Source: Pristiophorus japonicus (taxonomy: Eukaryota). From it: DNA of 64,000 nt. The notes under the pieces were generated by a model. The model was not told where the DNA came from. It did not search any database and was given only the letters and a program-made list of their open reading frames with translations. Every line of letters starts with the position of its first letter. The stretch's first letter is position 1. The DNA is taken from positions 47,120,001 to 47,184,000 of the forward strand of contig NC_091995.1 in NCBI RefSeq assembly GCF_044704955.1, read 5' to 3'. The translations under genes were made by a program, and so were the position numbers. Of this stretch, positions 39,196 to 51,235 are shown one piece after another.

Positions 39196-41292
39196 CTATT
39201 GTGGCGGGGGCGTGGAGTCGTTTTTTGACCTCCACTCCCTCAGCAGCCCAGCGAGGAACCTTTTGAGCCGGCGCAGATCAAGGCTTTGCGCCTTTGGCAA
39301 GGGCCCGCCCGCGGCCATGGTTTTAGCGGTGGCACGGACGGACGCGATGAGCAGCCCCGGCTCGGACCATCTTTCCCGGGCCAGATGGGCTCGGTTGCGG
39401 CGACCCTGGCTCTGGACCAAAAAGTCCCGGAGTTCCTTTACAGGAATGAGGGGGGACTCAGCGGCGGGCACGAGGAGACCCACCACCTCACTGGCAATGG
39501 ACTCTAGATCTTCTCCCGAGTCCCCCACCGAGACCCCATCCCCCTCCGGGAGGTCGCCGACAGCAGCCGGCCCATCGACCTCACGAGGTACGGCAAACGG
39601 CCCGCCCGCTCCATCCGACTCTGGCTCTGCCCCGATCCCACCCCCAGGATCGTCGGCAGAGGAGTCCCCACTGGGCTCTTTTAAAAGTGGTGCTGGGTCA
39701 GGAAGCGACAGCGGAAGGGGTTCCTCCTCCGCCCCAGGAGCCGGGGAACATGGAGAGACCTGGTCAAAGAAATGTTCCAGGTCCTCCAATTCCCCCAGCT
39801 CCAAAGTAGGGGGCGAGGGTTGGTGTGCTTCCCCCTCCCCGCTGCCACCCCCCAGCCCAGCATGTACAGAATCATTAAAATTGTTAACACTTTTTATTTC
39901 TTCCGGGTCGAGCGAGTCCCGGGGGAAGTTGGTTATTGGCTGCGCGGGCTCAGGTTCGGCCTTTTCGGCCCTGCCCGCCTCAGTCCTCGGAACGCTCGAC
40001 CCGGCGGCAACGCATTCCTCCACTGGCCCCGCGCCCCCCACGACAGGCAGATCTTCCACGCCATCCCCGGGAGTCAGAGGCTTGGCAGCCTCGACTGCCC
40101 TACCCTCCCCGGGGGCAGATTCCTCTCGCCGACGGCGCAGTTTGGGGGCGCTGGTGGGCGACGTGAGACACGCGGTGGGCACCGACTCCTCCGTGGAGGG
40201 ATGTTGTTCCCCTTCCGCCTCATTGGAGCGGCGCCTCCTTTTGTTCCTGGGGGGGCGCGGAGGCAGGGAGACCTCCATGTCTGCCGAGGCCTCCCGCTCC
40301 ACTCCCCCCTTTTTCTTTTCTTGCCCGCGCCCAACCCCCTCTGCGGTATTGGTCAGGGGCTCGTGCACGGGCTCAGGACACCCCGCGCTCGCCGGTGACA
40401 GGGTTGGGCTGAGCGCGGTGATCAGACAGTCTGGCGCACTGAGGGGACCCGCCTCGAGGTGTTTCGCATTCCTCCGCGCTTTCTTTCCGGCCGGACGCTC
40501 TCCCGCCCCCCCACCGGAGGCCGTGAAAACAAAGGCCTCCGACGATGCCCGCGCACCTACGGCTCCCGGCACGTGGACGCAACTAGGGGGAGGGGTGGCG
40601 GCGGCGCCAGCCTTGGCCGCCTTCGTTGGTTTGGCGGCCTTGGAGGCAGAGCAGTTCTTGCGAACGTGCCCCACCTCCCTACAAGCATGGCACCGCACGC
40701 CGTCCGACGTCCAAAAGACACGGTAGAAAGTCCCCTCGTGCACCACATTAAAACTGTCCTCTGTCGTCTCCTCCCGCTCCAGCCGGACAAAGAGCTGGCG
40801 GCGGAAGGAGAACACGTGGCGCAGGCTGTTCTCCCTGAGGCCGAGCGGTATAGGGTTAATCCCTGACCTTACCTCCCCTAGTTGGTGTAGGTGAGGGAGG
40901 AGGATCTCAGCCGGAACAAAGGGCGGGATGTTGGAAAGGATGACGCTCTGCGCGGTGGCCTCGAGAGGGTCCACCGGCAGGAACGTCCCGCCCACCGTGA
41001 GCCCCTTTTCAATGGCCAGGGACACCGCCCGCTCCGACCCCAGGAAGAATACAGCCTTCCCAGACATTTTGGAGGCTGCGACAATGGCCGAGGGGCCGAC
41101 TACCCCAGCCATCGCCCGCACGCACTCCTCGATGCTCATTGTGGGATGAGTGTAGCTCTTGACCCCGTGTTTTTTGGTAATTAGTTTAAATGGTGGCAGG
41201 GCAGCAGGAGGTGCAGGAGGCACCGTGGATGTGAATGCCGCCTGCGCGTACATCTTAGCTGGCCCTGCCACCGGCGTGGATGGGGTTGCCAT
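39196..41292 (-). CDS. Tx1 copy 1 ORF1, 698 aa gag-like protein with CCHC zinc knuckle
   Basis: Uninterrupted ORF; N-terminal region typical of Tx1 ORF1 (VILSNIPPFV, HVFSFRRQLFV), CHACREVGHVRKNC knuckle, long Pro/Ala/Glu-rich linker. Confidence 0.88.
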   Translation of the reverse strand: MATPSTPVAGPAKMYAQAAFTSTVPPAPPAALPPFKLITKKHGVKSYTHPTMSIEECVRAMAGVVGPSAIVAASKMSGKAVFFLGSERAVSLAIEKGLTVGGTFLPVDPLEATAQSVILSNIPPFVPAEILLPHLHQLGEVRSGINPIPLGLRENSLRHVFSFRRQLFVRLEREETTEDSFNVVHEGTFYRVFWTSDGVRCHACREVGHVRKNCSASKAAKPTKAAKAGAAATPPPSCVHVPGAVGARASSEAFVFTASGGGAGERPAGKKARRNAKHLEAGPLSAPDCLITALSPTLSPASAGCPEPVHEPLTNTAEGVGRGQEKKKGGVEREASADMEVSLPPRPPRNKRRRRSNEAEGEQHPSTEESVPTACLTSPTSAPKLRRRREESAPGEGRAVEAAKPLTPGDGVEDLPVVGGAGPVEECVAAGSSVPRTEAGRAEKAEPEPAQPITNFPRDSLDPEEIKSVNNFNDSVHAGLGGGSGEGEAHQPSPPTLELGELEDLEHFFDQVSPCSPAPGAEEEPLPLSLPDPAPLLKEPSGDSSADDPGGGIGAEPESDGAGGPFAVPREVDGPAAVGDLPEGDGVSVGDSGEDLESIASEVVGLLVPAAESPLIPVKELRDFLVQSQGRRNRAHLARERWSEPGLLIASVRATAKTMAAGGPLPKAQSLDLRRLKRFLAGLLREWRSKNDSTPPPQ

Positions 41293-42221
41293 GATGGTGT
41301 CCCTTTTAGGGCTACACCCACCCCAAAGTCACAGGCCTTAATGGTCTTAAATTGGCCTCGTTGGTGTTTGAGCAGAGGGAGCACTTAGTGGGGCACACCT
41401 CTCCCCTAGTTAACGATTGGGGAGGGGCTTGCTCCCTCTGCTCAGTTGTCTTAATTTAATTTTGATTAAGGTGGAAAGGGGCTCACAGAGAGAGAGGGGA
41501 GAGACAGAGAGAGTGGCAGAGAGAGAGGGCGGGGGGTGGGAAAGAGGGAAGCTGTGAGGGCAGGTCTCCCCACAGAGCGATGGGTGGCGCTTTCTGGGGT
41601 GCACTCCCCAGATGATGGAAAAAAACAGGACCCAGTCTTATAGGATGGTCTTCGGGTGGGGGGAGAACATGTCTTCACCTGGGGCAGCTGGAGCCACCCA
41701 GGCACACACTCCCAACGATGTTAAATAGGGTGATTAATAATTCTTTAGCCAAGTAGCTCTAGCTATCCCAGGCTAGGCAATGGGGGAGGGGTGCTTCAAT
41801 GGTGTGTGGGGCCTAGCTGTAAGCAAGACCCCCACACACACTTCCACACACACACACCCCCTGCGATGTTCCGGGCCTCGAATAAATCTTCTTTTCTCCC
41901 CCCACCAATAAAACAATGTCTTTAGGGGAATGCACCAATTCACCCACCTGAAGAATGTTGTAGAGTCTCCCTCCTTCCAACATGTTGTTGTTCTATTCCC
42001 CCTCTCTCCAACTCTCTGTAGAAGTAATAACATTGTTGAATTGTCTGCTCTCCTCCTCTCCCTCTGGATCGATTGTAATGAAGTAAGCCTCTTCCTCCTC
42101 TTCCTGGGCTGGTCTCAGGGTTCTCTCTCGGCCTCCAGGCAGGAGCAACAGCAGGGAGCTCCTTCCCTCACTGCTCCAGGCTCCAAATGATCAGGCCACG
42201 CCTCCAACAGCTGTCCACAGA

Positions 42222-45200
42222 ACTCTTTTTGGTTGGATAACGAAATAAACATTAATTCAAAATGCCCCCCAATCTGGGGGACACTCCAAACATTTTTCAA
42301 ACTGCCTTTTTTTTTACTTAAAGAAAAATTTTGTTTTGGGCCATAAAATCGTAAATTCTACAAGTGCCCCCTATAAAAGGGGAGGGGGACACTAAAACCG
42401 GCAATTAAAACAAATCAAACTATAAAATAAATAAAATCAAATTAAAATTTGGTTGCCGGGGGTGATGATGCACTCCAGTCCCTCCGGTGCCCACCTCTCG
42501 CGGAAGGCCGCGAGCGTACCGGAGGACACCGCGTGCTCCACCCCAACGGACACCCTGGCACGGATGTATGCGCGGAAGAGAGGCAGGCAGTCAGGCTGAA
42601 CGACCCCTTCGACCGCCCGCTGCCTGGACCGGCTGATGGCACCCTTGACCGTGCCCAGGAGCAGTCCTACGAGGAGGCCCTCGGACCTACCCACTCAACT
42701 CCGCACAGGGTGCCCAATGATCAGAAGTGTGAGACTGAAATGCAGCCAGAATTTCAGGTGCAGCCCCTTTAAATAATAAAACAGGGGCTGCAACCTCGTG
42801 CATTCAATAAAAACATGGGACACGGACTCTTCCAGACCGCAGAAATTGCAGGCGGCCTGGGAGCCCGTGAACCGGCTTAAAAATTTATTGCACGGCACTG
42901 CTCCGTGCACCACCCTGCAGGCCAAGTCCCCGATGAATAGTGGGAGGACTCCCGCGTAGAGTGCCCTCCATCGGGGACCCCCGCCTCCTCCGGACGGCAA
43001 GATGGTACGCCATGGTGTGTCCGGACGGCAGGCGAGGATGGCAAAATTGAGAGTGTGCAGGAGCAGCCCGTACAGGAAACCCCTCCGCGCAGAACTGAAA
43101 GGCACAGGGGGGATTTCCCCGAGGCGGCTCAAGTTGTGAGGCGCCGGCTCCCGAGGGAGGTTCCGGGGTTTGGCGCCGATGAGGAATTCCGTCCGCACGG
43201 GGGTCAGTTCGGATGGGATCTCCCCACGTGCTTGAGCCCAGAGCTGTTTTTAGCGACTCGATGGCATCAGCCGCGCGGCGGTCGTCGGCCGTATTTAGGC
43301 ACCACGCCAGCATGTCTGGCGCCATCCAGCCCGCTCCTCCGTCATCGAGCAGGTCCCTGACCCTGGTCACCTCACCAGCCCAGCCCTCTCGTCCGACTGC
43401 CACCTAAAACCTCGGTCGTGGAGGTACGGATTCCCGAGCAGCGGCTCCTGCAGGACAGCCGCCAATCCAGCCGGTGGAGAGCTGCGCTTGGTGGAGACTT
43501 TGTTCCAGGCCCTGATGAGTTCCTTGTAAAAGAGAGGCAGCTCCTTGACGGCGGTCCTGACGCCCCCCGCGCTCACAAACAGATGCTGCGTGTTGTAGTT
43601 GAGGCCGTGCTGCTGGCGGAAGAAATACGTTGCCAGAGCACGCCACCTGGGAGGGGGCTCAACGTAAAGGTATCTCTGCAGGGTCTGATAATGGAAAGTC
43701 GCGAGCTGGGCGCTGACGCACACCAACGACTGACCGCCCTCCCCAAGCGGGAGACTCAAGACCGCGGCAGAGTCCCAGTGCTTCCTGTTGTTCCAAAAGA
43801 AGTCCACCAGCTTCTTCTGTATCTTGGTGAAAAACGCAGGGGGAATGGTCAAAGTGACCAGCCGGTACCACAGCATGGCGGCCACCAGCTGGTTTATGAC
43901 TAGCGCTCGACCCCTGTAGGATAGCACTCTGAGCAGTCCTGTCCAGCAGCCTAGGCGAGCAGCGACCTTGGCCTCCAGCTCTAGCCAGTTCGCCGGCCAG
44001 GCTTCCTCGTCGGGGCTAAGGTAGCCTCCCAGATCGAGGAGATGGGTCGTGCTCCAGGCAAAAGGCCTGAGCTCCTCCGGCAGGGAGTTCACCCGCCACT
44101 GACCCACCAGGAGTCCGGAACGTTTCTCCCAGTTGATCCTGGCGGAGGATGCGGCCGAGTAAATCTCCTGGCACTCACGCATCCTCCGCAGATCAGCGGG
44201 ATCCTCTACCGCGAGGAGCACGTCATCTGCGTAAGCCGAGAGGACGACCTCCACGCCCGGCCCTTGCAGAGCCAGTCCCATCAACCTCGTCCGCAGGAGG
44301 CGCAGGAAAGGCTCCACGCAGATGGCTTATAACTGGCCGGGGCATCCCTGGTGCACCCCTCTCCCGTCAAGGACCCGTTAACCTTAATCAGACACTCTGC
44401 GGCGGTGTACAAAAGTCGGATCCGGGCAACGAAATGCGTCCCGAACCCGAAAGCGCGCAGAGTCCCGAACAGATAGTCATGATCCACCCTGTCGAACGCC
44501 TTCTCTTGGTCAAGAGATAGGAAGGCGACCGACAGACCAGCATCCTGGGAATGATGAATGAGTTCCCGGACCAGATGGATGTTATCGTGGATTGTTTGGC
44601 CCAGGACCGTGTCGGACTGGTCAGGGTGGATCATGTGGTCCAGCACGGCGCCAAGGTGAGCAGACATCGCCCTGGCGAAGATTTTGTATTCCTTGCTGAG
44701 GAGGGAGACCGGGCACCAGTTCTTAAGGAGGCGGAGATCGGCCTTCTTAGGCAGCAGGACGATGACTGCCCTGCGCCAAGAGAGGGGCATCTCCCCGGTC
44801 GCCAGACTTTCCCCCAGGACCCGCGCGTAGTGGCCCCCCGGACTTCCCAGAATGCCCTGTGGAACTCCACGGTCAGCCCGTCCAACCCCGGGGCTTTTCC
44901 CCTCGAGAGCCGGTCGTGGGCGCCGGTCAGCTCCGCCAGGCTTAGCGGAGCTTCCGGATTTTTGGCGCCCTCCGGGCTGACCTTCGGCAGCTCCTCCCAC
45001 AAAACTCTGTGCATTTCCTCGCTGGATGGCTCCGGAGAGAACAGAGCCCCGTAATATTCACGGGCCCTGTTGTTGATGCCCTCCGGATCCGAGACGAGAG
45101 AGCCGTCGTCGGCCAGCAGCGTCAAGAGTTGCTTACGGACACTCTTGGTTTTTTCCAGCGAGTAGAAGAAGGGGGAGCCACGGTCCAGATCCCGCAGGAA

Positions 45201-46929
45201 CCGGATCCGCGACCTCACGAACGCGCCTCGGGAACCGACGAGCTGCAGGTCCTTCAGCGCGGCCTTCTTCGCTTCGTACACCGTCCGCAGGGCCGGGTCC
45301 TCGACGACTTGACCGAGACGGGACTCCAGGTCGAGCACCTCTTTTTCTAGGCGCCCAACCCTGGCCACCCACCTCTTGGTCGACCCCCTCGCGTACTCTT
45401 GACAGAAGATGCGGACGTGAGCCTTGCCCACGTCCCACCATAGCCTCAAGGAGGGGAAGCCCCCCTGCTTCCTTCTCCAGTCGGCCCAGAAACGACGGAA
45501 CGAGTCCTGGAACCGCACGTCCTCCAGCAGCCGATTGTTAAAGTGCCAGTACGCAGACCCCGTCCTCGCGCGGAGCGAAGCGAGCTCCGCCCACACCAGG
45601 TGGTGGTCCGAACACGGCACCGGCCGCATGGAGGCCGCGGGGACGCAAGAAACGTACGCCCGAGACATGTAAAGGCGGTCGATTCTGGACCATCCTACTC
45701 CAGGCCTCACCTAAGTAAAGGCGCTGGAGTCGGGGTGGAGATTTCGCCAAACGTCCACCAAGTCGAAGGACCCGACCAGGTCCCTCAACTTCTCGATCGC
45801 CGTCATGCTCTGCGGGGCACCAGAGTGGTCCCTCGCCTCGAGGGTGCAGTTAAAATCCCCCCCAAGGACAATGCAGTCGCCGACGTCGACGGAGCCAAGA
45901 AGAGCGGACACTTCTTCAAAGAAACGCGTTTGCTGCGGGCTGGGCTGAGGGGCGTACATGTGCACGAGATGGAGTGGCACGTCCCCCAGGCGAACCGTGA
46001 CATGCAGCAAGCGGCCTGGCACGGGCTCCTCGACCCCCAAGATCTCCGGCTGAAAATGTGGGGCCAGCAAGATGGCCACCCCACAAGAAGTGGCAATGAG
46101 GTGGCTCATGCGGACCTCTCCTTGCCATTCCAGGAGCCACGTGGCTTCGTCTCCCGGAACAGTGTGGGTTTCTTGCAGGAAGCACACCGCATATTTCCCC
46201 TCCCGCAGGAGGGCAAATTGTTAAAATCTACGGCGTGCCTCTCTGCCGCCGTTGATGTTGAGGCTGGCTATGGTTATCTTCATGACAAAAGCATAATGCA
46301 ACCTCCACCCAACATATTGTGGGGTGGGGCGGATATAGTCGTTTTTTGACCTCCACTCCTTCAGCAGCCCAGCGAGGAACCTTTTGAGCTGGCGCAGCTC
46401 AAGGCTTTGCGCCTTTGGCAAAGGCCCGCCCCCGGCCATGGTTTTAGTGGCGGCGCGGACAGACGCGATGAGCAGCCCCGGCTCGGACCATTTTTCCCGG
46501 GCCAGATGGGCTCGGTTGTGACGACCCTGGCTCTGGACCAAAAAGTCCCGGAGTTCCTTTACAGGAATGAGGGGGGACTCAGCGGTGGGCATGAGGAGAT
46601 CCACTGCCTCACTGGTGATGGACTCTAGATCTTCTCCCGAGTCCCCCACCGAGTCCCCATCCCCCTCCGGGAGGTCGCCGCCAGCAGCCGGCCCGTCGAC
46701 CGCACGAGACACGGCAAATGGCCCGGCCGCTCCATCCGACCCTGGCTCTGCCCCGATCCCACCCCCAGGATCGTCGGCAGAGGAGTCCCCACTGGACTCT
46801 TTTAAAAGCGGTGCTTGGTCAGGAAGCGACAGCGGAAGGGGTTCCTTCTCCGCCCCAGGAACCGGGGAAACCGGAGAGACCTGGTCAAAGAAATGTTCCA
46901 GGTCCTCCAATTCCCCCAGCTCCAAAGTA
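42222..46929 (-). mobile_element. 5'-truncated Tx1-type element, copy 2, in tandem with copy 1
   Basis: ORF1 3' part (46221-46925) plus degenerate ORF2 (45711-46187, 44631-45710, 43367-44317, 42695-43198, 42437-42694); highly similar to copy 1, same 3' end CCAAAAAGAG. Confidence 0.93.
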
Positions 46930-48215
46930 GCTTGCTTCCAATTTCCACACGTCCTTCACCTTCACAAGTTCCATCTTTGACTCCAGTTTCCCCTTCCTCG
47001 ACATCTCTATCTCCATTTCTGGGGATCGGCTATTAACATATAACCATTACAAGACCATTGACTCCCACAGCTACCTGGACGACACTTCTTCCCACCCCGC
47101 TTGCTGTAAGGACTGCATTCTATTCTCCCAGTTTCTCCAGCTCTGCTGCATCTGTTCTCACGTTGCAACCTTCCATACATATACTTCTTACAAGTCTTCC
47201 TTTTTCCTCACCCAAGCATTCCCTCTATCACGGTTGACATGGCCCTCGACCGTGTTCAATTCCATTTCCTGCACTTCATCTCTCACACCTTGCCCTCCCT
47301 CACAGAACCATGATAGGCTTCCCCTTATCCTCATCTTTCACCCTACCAGCCTCGATATTCAATGAATCATCCTCCGTCATTTCTGCGAGCTCTAGCGGGA
47401 TCCTACCATCAAACACATCTTCCCCATTCTACAGTCTGAGACGACTGCTCCTTCCGTGACATGTGGGTCTACTCCTCAATCACACCGAACAATCCTTATC
47501 CTTCTCATGGCATGTTCCTGTGCAAGAGCAGGAGATGCAACACCTCCGCTTTTGCCAGTTCAGGGCCACACACACTCCATCCAGGTGAAACAGAGATTTA
47601 CTTGTAATCCTTGCAATCTAATAGACTGTATTCGCTGCTCAGGATGTGGTCTCCTCTATATTTCAGAAACCAAATGCAGATTGCGTGACCAAATTGCGCA
47701 ACACCTCCGATCTGTCCGTAAGAGTGACCCCGAGTTTCTGGTCGCCTGTCACTTTAATTCTTCACTCCACTCCCAGTCTGACCTCTCCATCCTCAGCCTC
47801 CTATACTGTCCCAATGGAGCTTCAACGTAAGCTCGAGGAACAGCACCTCATCTTTGGTTTAGACATGTTACAGTCTTCTGTAACCAACATCGAGTTCAGC
47901 AGTTTCAGACCATAACATGTTCATCTAAATGTTCAGCTGTCACGTGTTGATGATTCTGCCATTCCAATTTGCAGCATTTAACCTCTCTTGCCTTCCACTC
48001 TATCACAGACCGTCCCTTTTGTTCTTTGCTCCCCGACCCGCTTTCCCTGCATCTGCACCTGATTAAAATCTGTTCCATTACCAGTTTTGACGAAAGATCA
48101 CTGACCTGAAATTTGAAATATGTTTATCTCTCCACAGATGCTCCTTGACCTGCTGAGTGTTTCCAGCATTTTCTGTTCTTATTTCAGATTCCAGCATCCA
48201 CAGTATTGTACTATT
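46930..48215 (+). mobile_element. Penelope-like retroelement (RT C-terminus plus GIY-YIG endonuclease), degenerate
   Basis: LPFLDISISISGDRL-like RT end; FTCNPCNLIDCIRCSGCGLLYISETKCRLRDQIAQHLRSV GIY-YIG motif; terminal repeat ctccacagatgctccttgacctgctgagt. Confidence 0.85.
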
Positions 48216-48535
48216 GAAAATTACACTCTTTGCTGGTCCTATCAGCCCGTTCGACAAACCAATAGATAAATAGTTCAAATCAATAATAGCCTTTAGTCCA
48301 TCTGCTGTGAGTTTATTAAAATGTGTATTATTTACGAGAACGGTAGGAAAGAGAAATACCAAGTCACACATCAAGCACAGACAGACGGCCGATAAACTGG
48401 GATATCATCATTGTACAGGATGTCCGGACAGTCACAGAGGTTTCCAATGCTGTGTTTCTGCAAGCTACAGAGCTCAAAGCTTACGTTTCCACTCTTGACA
48501 AAGATTCGGATCTGAGGCAAAATCCATTGCTTTTA

Positions 48536-49357
48536 TCTCCCGGGGGAACTACATGCGGTCTCTTCAAATGCGTTACTATTTACCTGGTGGCCATGGCAGC
48601 TGCTGACCTACTGGTCCTGATATTTGACGTGGTGCTGTATCAGTTGAATTAAATTTATGTCCTGGATTCATTCCTGGACTACCCTCCGGTCTGCAGTCTG
48701 AATGTGTTCCTGATTGTTGCTTCTATTGAATGTTCTGTCTGGTTAACTGTCGCTTTCGCCACTTGTTGCCAAAAATGAGACCCCATATTGCACAAAAATT
48801 CTGCGGCGGTTGTTGTAGCAATGATATGGGGCTGAACATTCTGGAAAACGTCGTCATTTACTTTAATTGGGAACTTCAGGTAATCAATAACAACATACCG
48901 TGGTTATGCGTGGTGAAATCCAGCCTCTACACTGTACCTATATGGGTCACATTCTTATGGCTTGACGCAGCTTTAATGCCTTTGATTCAATTTATTTTGA
49001 TCCTGATATTCAATGGTCTGACCACCAGGCACATCCTGCTGACAAGTAGACTGCGAACGGGTCCCCGGAGCAGCGACAGTGACCCAGAAATGGACAACTG
49101 GTCATATCAGACAGTTTTATACTGTTATGGATGGTAACTTTTATTATTATGCATGTGTGAAAATGATGGATATTCAATATTTTCAGACAGACTACAGTAA
49201 TCCTTTCACTGTCATGGAACGATCTGGATATATGGTGCAGGATTTGATTTCTTACGCAAATACCATTATTTATGCAGTGTCCCAGACTAAATTCAGAGCG
49301 GAGTTAAAGAATCTGATTAAATATCCCTTGGCTGTAATTACTAAGGTAGGGAACTAA
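48536..49357 (+). pseudogene. GPR139-like pseudogene copy C, exon 2 (inverted relative to A and B)
   Basis: CGLFKCVTIYLVAMAAADLLVLIFDVVLYQLN*, PWLCVVKSSLYTVPIW, DPEMDN, YANTIIYAVSQTKFRAELKNLIKYPL; stop codon and frameshifts, acceptor and first codons missing. Confidence 0.9.
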
Positions 49358-49401
49358 TTGAAGGGTCTGAGTCTAACCAGAACTGACTGCAGATAACTAA
49401 G

Positions 49402-49590
49402 AAAATAGCAAAACACTGTGGATGCAGGAAGTCTGAAATAAACCCAAAAAATGCTCGAAATACTCAGTGGGTCAGGCAGCATCTGTGGAGAGAGAACCCT
49501 TTCGTCATCGACCTGAAACGTTAATATTGTTTGTCTCTCCATACTAGCTGCCTGACCCGCTGATAATTTCCAGCATTTTCTGTTTTTATT
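49402..49590. repeat. Palindromic Penelope-terminus derivative
   Basis: aaaatgctcgaaatactcagtgggtcaggcagc...gctgcctgacccgctgataatttccagcatttt inverted arms. Confidence 0.7.
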
Positions 49591-51235
49591 ACAAAGTATT
49601 GAGAGTCGCTTCCACCTTAATTATGCAACACAGGCAGCAGTTGATGCACCGCCTGTTATTCGATCAATACGATAATACTTTCGGTAGCGTTTTATGGAGA
49701 GGAAAGTCGGGCGGGTATCACCGACCTGCCACCGCCTGTGTTGCGCCGCACCTGAAGGTAAATTTCCCCCCGGGTTGGTGGAACTTTCACGTCTGGCGGG
49801 ATGTAGGTCAGTGAAAGGACAATCGGGCGGCGGTTATAAACGGAAGCCGAAACAAAGAAGCCTGTTTTATGCCCACGCCGCTCTCTCTCAAATATTCCCT
49901 GAATCTATTTGTAGTTGTGTGACATTTCAACTTTCAACTTGACTCTCTGGAGAAGATGTTCATCTTGCCACGGGAGCCTGGAAGGGGCTTTGCAGATTGG
50001 CCACCGGTGATAAATCCGTCTTATTCTCATTCCCATTGTAATCCCAGGGTTAGCAGCAGAGGGATTACACTGGTCTTGCTCCCTTCAGTTACACATGGAG
50101 AAGTGGGCTCGGGATTTGCTCCGGACCACTGTGTTGGTGATACTGCAGGTGAAATGTGAGTGTGTGGACAGGAGCGGGCTCTGCTGTGTTTCCAGTCATT
50201 GAATAGTGTTTCCATAGTCACTGTTTCTGTTTACAAGGGGAGATTGTTTACCTGAGGCCAATGTCAGAGTCAAGCTTTCGGGAATTGGGGGTAGAAGGAA
50301 AATGAAATCAAGCTTGTGATAATGATGTATCAATATTAACAAAACTTATTTAAAATCTCTGGCGTGCCTTTATTCTGCGGGGCAGTTCTGTAACACCTTA
50401 AGTGCCAGTTTGTGCAATTGTAGATGAGATTTGACAATGTTGCTCCAATGTTAAGCAAGTCAGTAATATTTTAGTAAAGTGACTGAAGCAGAAGACATGG
50501 GTGAAATGTTTATGTAAATCGCGCTATTTCAGTAATAAAGCAATTGATCCACGATGACCATTTCAGAGTATTCCTGGATCCAACACAAGTCTGGCGTTTG
50601 ACCCTTTCAGGTTCTGGTTAAACAACATTGTAATCTAGGGAGTGAAATACAAATGTTAGACATTTCCGAGATGATGGAGCAGAGCACAGTACAGAGAATG
50701 AAGTGAGTTGTTCACACTGTTTTCATGGTTCTTCCCCTAACAGGGCGCTCTCCGTTCGCTCCCTTGAAGTGTCCATTCCCCAATCCTCTGTAAATGCTGC
50801 TCTGTGACCAGTTACACAGCAAGAAGTCGGACGCTTCAGTTCCCATTCCCCCTCAGTCCCAGTGGGAAACTCCTGCTGGTCGCCGTCCCTGATGAGAGGC
50901 TGAAATCAGGAACTCACAGCCTCTGTTTAAAACTGATTCATTAGAAGGACCCGCAGCTCACAAATACCTGACTGCAACTGGTCTCCTTCTTCTGGCTAGA
51001 TGCTCACAGTCCAACAAGGACATCCAGCTTATTGGAAATATTACAAAGAAATGGATCTCGGTGCCAAATCTCGGTGTGAAAATGCACCGTCCTAACTGGC
51101 ACTGGGCCCTGTCAGTCAGGCTCCTCCTCAGTGCGCTAGTCGCTGCTGTCAGGGAGTTCACATTGGCTCCAGGATTCCAGGAGTTGGAAGGAGAGAAATG
51201 GCTGGGGTTCTGCTCCTGATGGCCATCCAATGACC

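Larger units (their letters stand above)
35064..42211 (-). mobile_element. Apparently full-length Tx1-type (L1 clade) non-LTR retrotransposon, copy 1
   Basis: ORF1 plus ORF2 (EN, RT with SAYADDV, C-terminal Cys-rich CxxC..HxxxxC); flanked by 10-bp direct repeat tgtccacaga (35054-35063, 42212-42221). Confidence 0.93.

Noticed and set aside
39212-40726. 504-aa plus-strand ORF and many other long overlapping ORFs across 35300-46900
   Set aside because: Antisense or alternate-frame shadows of GC-rich Tx1 ORFs; low complexity, no recognisable domain.
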